A stretch of DNA of 64,000 nt, taken from the NCBI GenBank assembly GCA_030698625.1, contig JAUYMS010000041.1, positions 11,314-75,313 on the forward strand, read 5' to 3'. The notes under the pieces were generated by a model. That model was given only the letters and a program-made list of their open reading frames with translations. It was not told where the DNA came from and ran no database searches. Below are positions 38,701-48,172 of this stretch, one piece after another. Positions within the stretch are counted from its first letter, which is position 1. Each line of letters opens with the position of its first letter. A program made the position numbers and the translations under genes. Origin of the DNA: Candidatus Omnitrophota bacterium. Lineage in GTDB: Bacteria; Omnitrophota; Omnitrophia; Omnitrophales; Aquincolibacteriaceae.

Positions 38701-40394
38701 AGATTAAAATCACCGATCGCGGGAATCTTGATATCGGCATTCGGCAATATGGCCTCGGCCTTCGAAACTACCCGGAAAAACTTGAGTGCGGTCCAGTCCT
38801 CGCGCCCTTCCTTGTCCTTGACTTTGAACTGATATGAATAGATTCCGGGTTTGATGAGAAATCCGTCTTCGGTCTGTCCCGACCACGTCACTTCGGCCGG
38901 AGGCGCTGAGAGCCCAAAGCCCGTCCACACTTCGCCACCCACCTCATCTCGCACCTCGAGATACCACGTCTTAACAAAATCCGCATAATTCATCCTAAAG
39001 CGGAAAATCGGCTCCTTTTCCAAAACGCCCAATCCGCCTTTCAGCATCTCGGGCTCCATCGTCACATCAAGCGCCGGCCGAGAAGTATCAATTCCCTGCG
39101 TCACGCTCACATTCAGGTCGTCTTGAAACTCTTTCGGAATATGCGAGGGGGGCAACAAGACGGCAAAGTTAGCTTTGCTCATAATGCCGGGCGTTGTTCG
39201 CACCAGATAAGATTCTTCTGAAATGAATTTGGTTCCGGGCGTCAGGGAATGACCGTCGATCTTGACGATATGCCGCCCGACTTTCACTGCCGGAATAAAA
39301 TATCGCCCAAACTCATCAGTCGTGATAGCAATTCCCTCTTCGGTAAACAGACGGACCCAAGGCACACCCATCTCTCCGTCGTTCTGTACGCCGTCTTGAT
39401 TGGCGTCATGAAATACCTTACCGATGATCGTGCCCTGTTCAAAGACAGGGTCCGGCCGTATGAGCAGTTGCACCTTGGCCCTTTCTGAGACCTCACTGCC
39501 GCTCAATACATTAATAAGAATGTCATAGAGCTTCCCGGTCGTGACGGCTGAAGTTACGAGCAACTGAAAGCTCGTGTTGACGGTCTCAAGGGGACCGAGA
39601 TTGCCCACGGAAATAAAAACCGACCCTTCTTCAAACGGGACCCGCCGATCATTGACGCGCACCGACTGCGGCAAGAGATCGAAGCCAACCGGAAAATCAG
39701 CGAAGAGCTGGGTGCCCGGCAGCGCGCTGTCGGAGACATTGGTGAACTGCGCAAAAATCGTTACCGCGTCCCCGGGCTTAACCGCATTGTTCGAAGCCGA
39801 AACCACGAGTTTTGCGGGATTGATGTCACCGGTCACGTCATCAAAGAGTACGTTGCCGTTCGCACCCAGGATGCGAAGGGTAAAGACAATACGCTCCGTG
39901 CCTTCGGGCGCCGTCCCCGAAGCCGTAAACCGTTGGAATCCCGCGCCGGGCGGCGCATTCGTGCTATCGATAAAAGGAGAGACCACATCCGAAATCAGGA
40001 CATCCGAATTACTTGCTTCATTGACCCTTTTGAACTCGATGCGCAACTGCGCACCCTGCCCCGCTCCGTTGGCAACGTTGGACTCAACTAACGCACTGAA
40101 GGTGACAAAATCACGCGGATTGACCGGCTCTGAGGTCTGGAAGGTAAACTGCGCCGTCGTCGCCAGAAGGAGCGCAAAGGCACCCTCCGGGGGCTGCGAA
40201 AACCCGGCCGGAAACGTCCCGTCACCTGGAGTCACGCGCACGGCACCGTTTGTGATGTCCCAGTTTCCGGCGGTTCCATTGCCGATTTCCTGTTCGAAAC
40301 TCGTATTTCCGATAATGTTGGCATACGCGGGAGCGGCACCCATCAGCGACACCAACACGCTCCATAAAATAGTGTGAAGTAATTTTGTTCTCAT
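35787..40394 (-). CDS. Large outer-membrane protein: CBM-like N-terminus, DUF11, SdrD-B-like and FlgD-Ig-like domains, C-terminal beta-barrel
   Basis: Signal peptide; N.SFE; V.PGD.VT....TN....LP.GF; IGKVF.D.N.DG.Q..GE.G; V.W.G....G....PG.Y.Y; amphipathic strands ending GPFVRLTGKF (terminal Phe). Confidence 0.75.
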   Translation of the reverse strand: MRTKLLHTILWSVLVSLMGAAPAYANIIGNTSFEQEIGNGTAGNWDITNGAVRVTPGDGTFPAGFSQPPEGAFALLLATTAQFTFQTSEPVNPRDFVTFSALVESNVANGAGQGAQLRIEFKRVNEASNSDVLISDVVSPFIDSTNAPPGAGFQRFTASGTAPEGTERIVFTLRILGANGNVLFDDVTGDINPAKLVVSASNNAVKPGDAVTIFAQFTNVSDSALPGTQLFADFPVGFDLLPQSVRVNDRRVPFEEGSVFISVGNLGPLETVNTSFQLLVTSAVTTGKLYDILINVLSGSEVSERAKVQLLIRPDPVFEQGTIIGKVFHDANQDGVQNDGEMGVPWVRLFTEEGIAITTDEFGRYFIPAVKVGRHIVKIDGHSLTPGTKFISEESYLVRTTPGIMSKANFAVLLPPSHIPKEFQDDLNVSVTQGIDTSRPALDVTMEPEMLKGGLGVLEKEPIFRFRMNYADFVKTWYLEVRDEVGGEVWTGFGLSAPPAEVTWSGQTEDGFLIKPGIYSYQFKVKDKEGREDWTALKFFRVVSKAEAILPNADIKIPAIGDFNLFQDGKQSIPLVAKPTVRVRGKTLPENSVTINTQHVDVDPSSGLFQIEFYVSPGDKEIVVGATTPDGETTTYRETVTVKDSMFFMVGLGEEELGVNFGGDNIKKAVHDDEFKQGFYEEGRLSYYLKGKLKGKFLIKSRYDSDGASSAFFRNLDPDDYYPVYGDNSERDYEGLGTRQQLFLLIEMDRSYVKWGSFETNFTDTELATYNRTLSGLKAHYETLGSTVYGDPNRAMDLFWNKSSTRGDHNEFAATGGSLYYLRNRSVVEGSEKVRVEIHDKISNISVDSHDLMEGIDYEIDYDEGRIMLSRPLSSVAASDTLVTGDLLDGSPVFLVVDYEFEAGLNVHENHNHGLRGYTHIGDHLKLGGTFVEEKRQNVDYDMRGLDATLKLGRNTKVTAEYAETRLKQVETAVSYNGGLSFAELSPLKGQDEREDAWLIKAESKPIEQLELSGFIQAVNPGFSTDRIRSQEGFKKYGLDARFKVNEKLSVRYRLDKSQLITQLRTPETLGIVAPYKDLRTHTAQIHYRDAKWIAEAEYLRRYTDLPAEEALAPSLLSESPMGNVVAGKLGYQFNERILPYVRFQATLDGKPNHQLGAGVRYEMVNDLYAYLEQMIGNLGDSTYFGFEQIRAEGVRSYANIRMFDRGIGHKSLSTAVGSSFPISKRSRFYSEREHSTYDGVDGYGDIIGLDTKIGDRWNVEWKFERRHLDNSTTRALDAEANAGLTRTNTFNTIAGAVEYADTDKFRARASLEYRRDQDSPRLSQWVIRNRAEYKISDSLSFLANWDYGKSRFLEPDETGAAFTEMNVGLAYRPVDNDKLNLLTKYSYMDNIANDIQFSTGLFTGLPTDERSHILSVDLAYDLHKYVGLVEKLAYKKGIFSSSVTDEIVIDTLLWVNRFNVHVTRKWDIALEYRILMQSEAAGTLKHGTLLEVDREFYDYVRVGLGYNFTDFDDDLSVKTDFDSHGPFVRLTGKF

Positions 40395-42452
40395 TTAGAA
40401 ACGTCTCTGTGAAAAACTCATGCCGAATCTCAAGTCCCAATTTGTTGCGAAAGGCGCTTCCCCGTCCTGTTTCGCATTCTGCACGCCTCCGACACCGACA
40501 TACTCGACAAAAAGCTTTGTCTTCGACAGCCACTCATTTTCCTTGAAACGGTAACTCATGAAGGGCATCCACCGCACCCCGGCGCCCAGGAAATAACGGT
40601 TCTGAAAGGGGAAGGAAAATTCCGAATTGTTGACATGCTCCGCATGCAGATAAGGCATCAAAACGAGTTCGTCATTAAACGGGTTAGGCGGAAGCGGAAT
40701 ACCGGGGAGTTTAAACCCCAGAATCACGGAAGAATTCCAGATGAAGGCGTCAAAATTATTCAGGCTGGAGAAGTTCGTCATCTCAAAGCGATAATCCCCG
40801 AAGTACTCGCCCCACACATACCGCCGGACAAACTCAGGAACGCTGTCGGGGCTCTTTTCGGAGACCGGCGGCAAATCGACGCCCCACTCATAGAATATTT
40901 GGACGCCCGCACGAAGATCGTAATCGCGGCTGCCAATGATTTCGCCTTTGAGGTTTTTACGATTAAAGTACTGCACATACGCGCGATAGTTTTTCACCCA
41001 CTCAAGAAGCGGCAGACCCCACGGACGGAAGTTATAGAAGAATGTATTGTATTGGAACGGGCGCCACTCGAGCCCGGCGCTCAGATCCAGGTGCGATGCG
41101 GCATCGACACCGTTGGACTCTAAAGCCGCTGTCGCTTCCACGAAAGGATCGACCGTACTCAACGGGAACCGAATCCCTTTAAACACCAACCGATTTGTCC
41201 AGAAACCTACCTGGTCGGCAAAGTTTTCCGCATCCAAATTGGTTTGTCTCCAGGTTGTTTCACCGAAAGACTGCCAGACCAGGGGCTCGCCCGACGGGAT
41301 CCCGTAGAAAGGCCCGTAGAGCTTATTGCCGATATCCAATTGGTCGATGTATTTGAGGAAAAGCTGCTCTTCCTTTTCAAACTGAGCTTGTGTCTTTTGG
41401 GGCGGTAGGTCGGCTTCGATCTGAATTCGGATATAGTTCTGCGCCTCTTCCACCATTTTCTTGAAATCGCCGCCGCTCGCCTCAACAACTGCCTTGATCA
41501 TGATGATCTCACCGCGCGCTTTGTCTTCCGATAGATACCCGCGGTGCCCCACATAATAGAGATAGTGTTCTGTGCCGTCGGCGCCAGCTAACTTTAAACG
41601 CCGGATTTCGGCCCCTTCAAACGTGCCCGACTCCATGACTTCATCAAACCATTTTCGGATCTCGCGAACATCCTTCGCATTAGGAAGCGGCCGGGTCCTG
41701 AGTACATTTTCGCCGAAATCAGTGACAATAGAATATCGCGAGCCGGACCCAAGCTCGGTTTCGGGAACCAGAACAAAGCCGGAAAGTTCCGTGGTTTGAT
41801 AAGCGAGCTTCTGATCAGGGCCCATAAAAAAATGCTCCGCAAAAAGATTCTTTGGACCCTCGGCCTTAGCGGGTGCTTTCCGCTTTGCCGAACTGATGGG
41901 AATCGCCATGCGCTCTCTCGACTCTTCTTGTGGTTGCTCGACCTGGGGCACCGCAAGCTGTGAGTAAGTCGGCTCCATCTTCATCGGAAGCGGTTCGGGT
42001 TCCACCGGGGCTACTTTCAATGTAGGCGTCGGTACCGGTGTGGGAAAGGGCGTTGGAATCGGTGTAGGAAAAGGCGTAGGCATCGGCGTCGGAAATGGGG
42101 TTGGGAAGGGTGTGGGCATCGGCGTCGGGTCCGGTGTCGCGCGATAGGACGGCTCGACTTTCGACGACGTGTCTTCAGCTGCGATGTCCTCGCCAGAAGT
42201 CAGCCAGTTTTCCGACTCATCCCAAGACGGCTGGGTTGAAGGAGCCGGCGTCGGCGATGATTGCGTCTCAGTCTCAACCCACCCCTTAAGATCGCTCCAT
42301 TCATCGTCCCAAGGATCGTCAGCCTCATCGATACCCGCATCCCGAGCTTTGTCGGGGTCATACCCCTCATCCCCGAAGACTGCCGGTGATGCAAAAACTG
42401 TCACAAAAATCAAGCCAATGATAAGACAACGGTAGCTACAGAGTTTGGTCAT
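40395..42452 (-). CDS. Outer-membrane beta-barrel protein with acidic N-terminus and Pro-Thr linker
   Basis: Signal peptide, (PTPx)n linker, aromatic amphipathic strands, terminal Phe; start overlaps the dapB stop. Confidence 0.7.
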   Translation of the reverse strand: MTKLCSYRCLIIGLIFVTVFASPAVFGDEGYDPDKARDAGIDEADDPWDDEWSDLKGWVETETQSSPTPAPSTQPSWDESENWLTSGEDIAAEDTSSKVEPSYRATPDPTPMPTPFPTPFPTPMPTPFPTPIPTPFPTPVPTPTLKVAPVEPEPLPMKMEPTYSQLAVPQVEQPQEESRERMAIPISSAKRKAPAKAEGPKNLFAEHFFMGPDQKLAYQTTELSGFVLVPETELGSGSRYSIVTDFGENVLRTRPLPNAKDVREIRKWFDEVMESGTFEGAEIRRLKLAGADGTEHYLYYVGHRGYLSEDKARGEIIMIKAVVEASGGDFKKMVEEAQNYIRIQIEADLPPQKTQAQFEKEEQLFLKYIDQLDIGNKLYGPFYGIPSGEPLVWQSFGETTWRQTNLDAENFADQVGFWTNRLVFKGIRFPLSTVDPFVEATAALESNGVDAASHLDLSAGLEWRPFQYNTFFYNFRPWGLPLLEWVKNYRAYVQYFNRKNLKGEIIGSRDYDLRAGVQIFYEWGVDLPPVSEKSPDSVPEFVRRYVWGEYFGDYRFEMTNFSSLNNFDAFIWNSSVILGFKLPGIPLPPNPFNDELVLMPYLHAEHVNNSEFSFPFQNRYFLGAGVRWMPFMSYRFKENEWLSKTKLFVEYVGVGGVQNAKQDGEAPFATNWDLRFGMSFSQRRF
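42021..42137 (-). repeat. Degenerate 12-nt coding repeat (PTPx) x ~9
   Basis: TPDPTPMPTPFPTPFPTPMPTPFPTPIPTPFPTPVPTPT, with varied synonymous codons. Confidence 0.9.
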
Positions 42453-43252
42453 GCCATCCCGAGTACTTGCCGCATGTCGTAGAGACCGTGCCGCCTCTTC
42501 GCCACAAACCGCGCGGCGCGAAGCGCCCCCTGAGCAAAGGCCTCGCGTGAACTTGCGCGATGAGTTAGTTCCAGCCTTTCCCCGTCTCCGAGATAGAAAA
42601 CAGTATGATCCCCGACTACATCTCCGCCCCTAAAAGCCAAAACTCCGATCTTCCCCCGGCTACGTGCCCCCGTTTCGCCCCGGCGTCCGTAAACGGTGTC
42701 ACGCGAAGGGTTCCTCTTGCGCGCCTTGGCAACAATCTCCAGGAGTTTCATGGCGGTACCGCTCGGCGCGTCTTTCTTCATGCGATGGTGTGTTTCAGCT
42801 ATTTCAATATCATAATCCTCTGTCAGCACCCCGGCGGTTACCTCACTGAGCCAGAACAAAATGTTAACCCCAATGCTCATATTCGGGGCTTGCACGATAG
42901 GAATCTTCTTTGACGCCGTCTTTAACGACTTAAGCGCAGCCGCCTTTAGACCTGTCGTGCCCAAGACATAACCCGTCTTATTCTTTACGCAGGCCTTGAG
43001 ATTCGCGTTCAGGGCACTCGGATGGCTAAAGTCGATGAGAACGTCGGCAGATTGTAAAGCCACAGAGGGGCTTGTCGTTAAACGCACTCCGACCGGATCG
43101 CAACCTAGAAGGGTGCCGATATCTTGGCCTAGGCTCGGGCAGGCGGCCATCTCGAGCGCACCGGTAATCTTAAAAGCGCGATCCTTGGCAGCCAAGCCAA
43201 GAATAGTTTGGCCCATGCGGCCCGCCGCACCCGCCATGGCAATTCGAATCAT
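42449..43252 (-). CDS. dapB: 4-hydroxy-tetrahydrodipicolinate reductase
   Basis: GAAGRMG, IDFS, GTTG, E.HH..KKDAPSGTA, RGGDVVGDH. Confidence 0.97.
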   Translation of the reverse strand: MIRIAMAGAAGRMGQTILGLAAKDRAFKITGALEMAACPSLGQDIGTLLGCDPVGVRLTTSPSVALQSADVLIDFSHPSALNANLKACVKNKTGYVLGTTGLKAAALKSLKTASKKIPIVQAPNMSIGVNILFWLSEVTAGVLTEDYDIEIAETHHRMKKDAPSGTAMKLLEIVAKARKRNPSRDTVYGRRGETGARSRGKIGVLAFRGGDVVGDHTVFYLGDGERLELTHRASSREAFAQGALRAARFVAKRRHGLYDMRQVLGMA

Positions 43253-44133
43253 TGAATAACTCCCAAGGTCTTAAGAACTTTTCTGAGCTTCTGTTGGTTA
43301 GCTTTGGTCATCGCGCAAAGCGGCAATCTGAGTTCGGGCTTGATCTTGCGCATCATTCCCAATGCCGTCTTCACCGGAATCGGATTCGATTCGACAAAAA
43401 GCACTTTGGCCAACTCATACATCTCCTGATGAAGCGCGCGCGCACCCACCATGTCACCTTTCAAAGCCCGGTGCACCATCGCCCGAACCTTGATGGGTAC
43501 AATATTCGCCGTTACAGAAATCACTCCGCGGGCCCCGATGGCCATCATCGGGAAAGTCAGGCCGTCATCCCCGGAAAGAACCGTAATATCGCAAAGAGAC
43601 AGGATCTCGTCGACCTGCCCCAGATCGCCGCTTGCCTCTTTAACGGCGACCACGGTATCGATCTTGGCCAACCGTGCAACCGTATGAGGAGACAGAGATA
43701 CCCCCGTCCGGCCCGGTACATTATATAGAACCATTGGTATATCGACTTTTGAGGCTAAATATTGATAATGGCGGTAGAGCCCCTCTTGGGTAGGCTTGTT
43801 GTAGTAAGGGGTTACGACAAGGACGCCGTCGGCTTTGGCTCGCCTGGCATACCGGACCAGTCCCAGCGCCTCTTCGGTGTTGTTCGACCCCGCGCCACAG
43901 ATGACCGGCGCTCGGCCGTCGACATACTCGACCACGATCGACATCAGCCGCCTATGCTCGTCATGCGACATCGTCGCCGACTCCCCGGTGGTACCGCAGG
44001 GAATCAGAACATCGGTACCGCTTCGAAGATGAAAATCCAGCAATCCCCGCAAGGCCTTCCGGTCAATCTTACCGTTTCTGAAAGGAGTGACCAGCGCTAC
44101 CATGGAACCTTCGAATTGCCGTGCTTTTGCCAT
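43249..44133 (-). CDS. dapA: 4-hydroxy-tetrahydrodipicolinate synthase
   Basis: ALVTPF, GTTGES, PYYNKP.QEG, YNVPGRT, KEASG. Start set at MAKARQF. Confidence 0.97.
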   Translation of the reverse strand: MAKARQFEGSMVALVTPFRNGKIDRKALRGLLDFHLRSGTDVLIPCGTTGESATMSHDEHRRLMSIVVEYVDGRAPVICGAGSNNTEEALGLVRYARRAKADGVLVVTPYYNKPTQEGLYRHYQYLASKVDIPMVLYNVPGRTGVSLSPHTVARLAKIDTVVAVKEASGDLGQVDEILSLCDITVLSGDDGLTFPMMAIGARGVISVTANIVPIKVRAMVHRALKGDMVGARALHQEMYELAKVLFVESNPIPVKTALGMMRKIKPELRLPLCAMTKANQQKLRKVLKTLGVIQ

Positions 44134-44162
44134 GACTACCCTCTCGACATTACCCGCACTAT

Positions 44163-44981
44163 TTATGAAATGGTTCCTTCGTAGACAAACTGCGCTTCGC
44201 CTTCTAAATAAACGTCCCACACCCGGGTGCCTGTGACTTGAAAATCTATCTTGAGAATCTCTCCTCCGCTGGTCTTAACATTCACCGGAGGCTTTGTGTA
44301 ACCCATGAGTGTGCTTACAATGGCTGATGCCGTAGAGCCGGTACCGCAAGCCAACGTTTCACCTTCGACGCCTCGCTCATAGGTGCGAACGAGAATATCC
44401 TTTTCCCCTTTAATTTCCACGAAATTCACATTGGTTCCCTTGGGCTTAAAGGCTTGGTCGTGGCGAACCGCGCGGCCGAGGGCAGCGACGTCTATTTTCG
44501 AGATTCCCTCCACAAAGATCACCGTATGCGGGACTCCCGTATTAATAAATGAGTAATGCAGGCGATTGCCCAGGACAGAGATCTCCCGGCGTTCGCGATA
44601 ATCTTTGGTTCTTGCGAGCTGCACGCGGATCTTGGCGCCGTTGATTTCAGCGCGTATCACGCCCGACTGGGATTCAAAACGAAATTTGGAGGCAGCCCCA
44701 TGCTTCTCAACCGCGTATCTGGCAATGCAGCGGAATCCGTTGCCGCAAGCCTCAGCTTCGGAGCCGTCGGAGTTAATGATACGCATCTTAAAATCGGCTC
44801 GCGAGGACTTTTCATAAAGGAGCAGGCCGTCGGCACCGACCCCCGAATGACGTGGGCAGACCCGTTTTGCAAAGGAAACCGGATCGCGCAAAATCTGCTC
44901 GCGGTTATCAATGACAATGAAGTCATTGCCTGAAGCCACCATTTTGTAGAAAGGTATGGTCGTAGTCATATTTAAACTCAT
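44163..44981 (-). CDS. dapF: Diaminopimelate epimerase
   Basis: GNDF, GADG, NSDGS.AE.CGNG.RC, ERGV.GETLACGTG. Confidence 0.97.
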   Translation of the reverse strand: MSLNMTTTIPFYKMVASGNDFIVIDNREQILRDPVSFAKRVCPRHSGVGADGLLLYEKSSRADFKMRIINSDGSEAEACGNGFRCIARYAVEKHGAASKFRFESQSGVIRAEINGAKIRVQLARTKDYRERREISVLGNRLHYSFINTGVPHTVIFVEGISKIDVAALGRAVRHDQAFKPKGTNVNFVEIKGEKDILVRTYERGVEGETLACGTGSTASAIVSTLMGYTKPPVNVKTSGGEILKIDFQVTGTRVWDVYLEGEAQFVYEGTIS

Positions 44982-45046
44982 AAAAAATCCTTTAATTTTA
45001 ACAAATCTCTCATTTTTTAGCCATGTCTATCTAAAGCAGCCTTTAG

Positions 45047-45217
45047 TCACTTTCTCTTCCTTTCCTTCTGCCATCCTCCAATAATTAACATCATGCCCAC
45101 CATGAAGAAACTCAAGAAACCGAAGAGGCCCAATGTGACGTTCGTCTGTGATCCTGCGAAAAATGCAAACATGATGAAAAGAAGACCCGGAAGAAGGTAT
45201 TTTAAGAAGTAACTCAT
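45047..45217 (-). CDS. Small two-TM membrane protein (56 aa)
   Basis: ATG 45217 overlaps the MFS stop (ATGA); MSYFLKYLLPGLLF...IIGGWQKERKRK. Confidence 0.6.
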   Translation of the reverse strand: MSYFLKYLLPGLLFIMFAFFAGSQTNVTLGLFGFLSFFMVGMMLIIGGWQKERKRK

Positions 45218-46449
45218 GGCACCGCGGGCTCGGGTTTTGATGCGCACCCCACCCACCCTAGAAACATGCCGAGTAAAGTCAATAAGGCCATCCCATATAA
45301 GATGGCTAACGGATCGACCGCAGAATCGAGTAAGACGCCGACGATCGGCGGCGAAACAGCTGTAGCCAATACAATCACCGATGAGGAAATGCCTCGTATG
45401 GTTCCCAGTGTCTCTGTGCCGTACAGTTCTGCCCACAATGCGCCGGAGATGGTCATCCCCAAACCCATGGTCATACCTGCACACGCAAGATAAGCAAAGG
45501 ACCAAGTCACAGTGCGTCCGAATATTAGAAAGAACAACCCCGCCAAGAACGGAATGAGCATGAACGGATAAAGGCACCGGGCACCTACGCGGTCAATAAG
45601 AGGCCCTACCGCGAGGGAGCATAGGCCGCGGCACACCCCGAAAAACGCAAAGGCCATCGCTACGATACGCATATCCCAAGCCTTCCACGCCATAAGGCTG
45701 GCCTGATGAAAAAAGAGCGCCGTTAAAAAAGCCGGCGTTACGAGTTGGGAACCGAGAATAAGATAAAAACGCGTATCATTCCTGATTTGCTTCAAGGTCC
45801 AGCCACGCCCCGGCTGACCCATCGCGGGCTTCCCCGCGATGCCGGAAAACTGAAATTCTTCCTGGGCCTTCAGATGAGGTTCGCTACGCACCAGCAGAAA
45901 CGACCAAGGGACATAAGCCACGAGTGTGATACCGGCTAAAAGCAGCCAGCCCGACCGCCAACCGTTTGTAAAAATCCAGGCGGAGACAATCGCCGGCAGC
46001 AGTGCCTCGCCCAAGGGATAGCCCAGATTCGACAGGCCTAGTGCCTTGCCGCGTATAGCTCCGAATGCCCGCGCCATCGTCGTCGAAGAAACCATGGTAA
46101 GCGTGCCCTGACCAAGATTGCGGATGAGAAGGAACCCTAGAAAAACCGTAAGGATCCCCTGTGTACGGCTTAAGAGGACGCAGCCGGCAACAAGAAGAAG
46201 GCCGGCGCACAAAGCGAACCACGCCAGACGAGTACGATCCAGTAAGCGCCCCCACAGGGGCAAGATAAGAGCAGAGACAAGTGTGGCAGCAGAGTAAACG
46301 CCGGCGATGGTGCTCTGCGACCATCCGAACTCCTTCCGCATTTCCGGAATGAAGAGCGCCACTAGAAAGGTTTGTCCCGGACTGCTAAAGAACGCGGCGA
46401 GCAACCCGAAGAAGAGCAATCCCGGATATCTCCGAAGGATCCGTATCAA
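45214..46449 (-). CDS. MFS transporter
   Basis: SSPGQTF, GRLLDR, RG.ALG, G.LIDRVG, WAELYG...LG.IRG; about 12 TMs. Confidence 0.9.
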   Translation of the reverse strand: MIRILRRYPGLLFFGLLAAFFSSPGQTFLVALFIPEMRKEFGWSQSTIAGVYSAATLVSALILPLWGRLLDRTRLAWFALCAGLLLVAGCVLLSRTQGILTVFLGFLLIRNLGQGTLTMVSSTTMARAFGAIRGKALGLSNLGYPLGEALLPAIVSAWIFTNGWRSGWLLLAGITLVAYVPWSFLLVRSEPHLKAQEEFQFSGIAGKPAMGQPGRGWTLKQIRNDTRFYLILGSQLVTPAFLTALFFHQASLMAWKAWDMRIVAMAFAFFGVCRGLCSLAVGPLIDRVGARCLYPFMLIPFLAGLFFLIFGRTVTWSFAYLACAGMTMGLGMTISGALWAELYGTETLGTIRGISSSVIVLATAVSPPIVGVLLDSAVDPLAILYGMALLTLLGMFLGWVGCASKPEPAVP

Positions 46450-46904
46450 CGCGGCATTCTGCTCAAGCGTTGCTGAGCTGCATCAATCAGCACAATGCAA
46501 ACGCTGATCGCCTTTGTGCTGTTCTCAATGTCAGCCGAAGACGCAAAATCAGGGGCGATGCTTTTCCAGATCCTATTGGCATTCTCAAACATTTTCCCGG
46601 CCTCGGTCAACTGAATCAATGCAGCCTGTAATTGCTTACGTGTGGCATCTTGATCGGAGATAATTTTAGCGCTGAGATCGGCAATATGGCCGGCCTGCCG
46701 GGCGTCCGTTTCGGCTTCATTGGCCAAATCGAGATATTTCTGAAAGTTGAATGCCTTCTCAGCCGGAAATGTCTTGCCTTGCGCCGTCGCCGGTATGCTT
46801 TGAGAGACTTCTTCGGAAGACGGTTCCGCGGCGTCAAACCCCTGGCAATAAGCTGTCGGGATCCCAAGCAGAAGCAGAATGGCAATGCCAACGATGATCT
46901 GCAT
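46446..46904 (-). CDS. Secreted helical hypothetical protein
   Basis: Signal peptide; packed between lysA and the MFS gene. Confidence 0.6.
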   Translation of the reverse strand: MQIIVGIAILLLLGIPTAYCQGFDAAEPSSEEVSQSIPATAQGKTFPAEKAFNFQKYLDLANEAETDARQAGHIADLSAKIISDQDATRKQLQAALIQLTEAGKMFENANRIWKSIAPDFASSADIENSTKAISVCIVLIDAAQQRLSRMPR

Positions 46905-46906
46905 AG

Positions 46907-48172
46907 TTATGCGATAAACGCGGGGATCGTCTCGCCTTCCACAAGCTGTTGAAGAGATTCACGCTTGCGGACCACTTCGAAATGGCTTCCTCTGACAAGG
47001 ACTTCCGCGGCCCGCGGCCGCGAATTATAATTGGAAGCCATCACAAACCCGTAAGCCCCGGCCGACATGAGGGCGATATAATCATCCGGATGCAGTTCCT
47101 GCATATGCCTGTCCTTTGCAAGGACGTCTCCGCTTTCACAAATGGGGCCGACGACATCATAGACCTCTTTAGGAGCTCGCGTGTTGCGTTTAAGCGGCAG
47201 CACCCCATGATAGGCACCGTAAAGACTCGGTCGAATAAGATCGTTCATCGCGACATTTACGATCGCGAAATTCTTAACTTGCGTCTGTTTGACATATAAG
47301 ACCTGCCCGACAAGGATTCCGCTGTTGGCGGCAATAAAACGTCCCGGCTCAAAAACCAACTTGAACTTACGGCCCTTAAATAGCGGTAAAATACGCCGCG
47401 CAAACTGCGCTGCCGTCTGCGGGTTCTCACTATCATATATCACACCCAACCCCCCGCCGACATTCAGATACTTGATGACCGTTCCCTGCTTCGCGAGCTT
47501 GTCGATAAAACGCAAGGTCTTGCGAAAGGCTTCGACAAAAGGACTTCCGGTCACAATCTGCGAACCAATGTGCACGTGAATCGCACAAAGCGAAAGATTC
47601 TTATAGCGGGACTTATCGGCAAAAATCCGCGTTGCCGTCTGGATATCGAGACCGAATTTGCTTTCGGCTTTTCCGGTAGCGATATGATCATGCGTCTGAG
47701 GATCAACGCCCGGGTTGATCCTCAGAGACACGTTGACCTTCGCTTTGAGCCGCCCCGCGGCGCGTTCGATCAATTCGAGTTCCGGAACGGATTCGACATT
47801 AAATAAAAGAATGCCGTAGCGAATGGCATCTTCGATTTCTTCGAAGGATTTCCCGACACCCGCAAAAACAATCTTTTCAGGAGGACATCCGACGCGACGC
47901 GCCCGGTACAGCTCTCCGCCCGAAACAATATCAAGACCTGCCCCCTTGTCGACCAAGGTCTTCAAAATAGCAAGATTTGAATTTGCTTTCATGGAGTAGC
48001 AGATGAGAGGTCTTACGGTCGCGAAGGCGCGCTGCAGCTTCCTCAGATGCTCCACGAAAGTCTTATAGCTGTAGATATAAAGAGGGGTCCCGACCTTTTT
48101 GACAATATCGCGAACGAGCACCTTTTCGCAGTACAGTTCATTTCCCCGATACGAAAAATCGTGCATCATCAT
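46907..48172 (-). CDS. lysA: Diaminopimelate decarboxylase
   Basis: GTPLYIYS, YSMKANSN, HIGSQI, EPGR, GPICESGD, SNYNSR. Confidence 0.97.
   Translation of the reverse strand: MMMHDFSYRGNELYCEKVLVRDIVKKVGTPLYIYSYKTFVEHLRKLQRAFATVRPLICYSMKANSNLAILKTLVDKGAGLDIVSGGELYRARRVGCPPEKIVFAGVGKSFEEIEDAIRYGILLFNVESVPELELIERAAGRLKAKVNVSLRINPGVDPQTHDHIATGKAESKFGLDIQTATRIFADKSRYKNLSLCAIHVHIGSQIVTGSPFVEAFRKTLRFIDKLAKQGTVIKYLNVGGGLGVIYDSENPQTAAQFARRILPLFKGRKFKLVFEPGRFIAANSGILVGQVLYVKQTQVKNFAIVNVAMNDLIRPSLYGAYHGVLPLKRNTRAPKEVYDVVGPICESGDVLAKDRHMQELHPDDYIALMSAGAYGFVMASNYNSRPRAAEVLVRGSHFEVVRKRESLQQLVEGETIPAFIA

Noticed and set aside
36765-40377. Long antisense ORFs (285 aa and 267 aa), and similarly 54246..55139
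   Set aside because: They lie opposite well-supported genes and are explained by codon bias.
42021-42137. PTPx repeat as a CRISPR array or phase-variable tract
   Set aside because: The repeat is at protein level with diversified codons, has no spacers and has no cas genes nearby.
45218-45577. 5' part of the 176-aa ORF 45047..45577
   Set aside because: It overlaps the MFS gene in another frame; only the last 56 codons from ATG 45217 look real.
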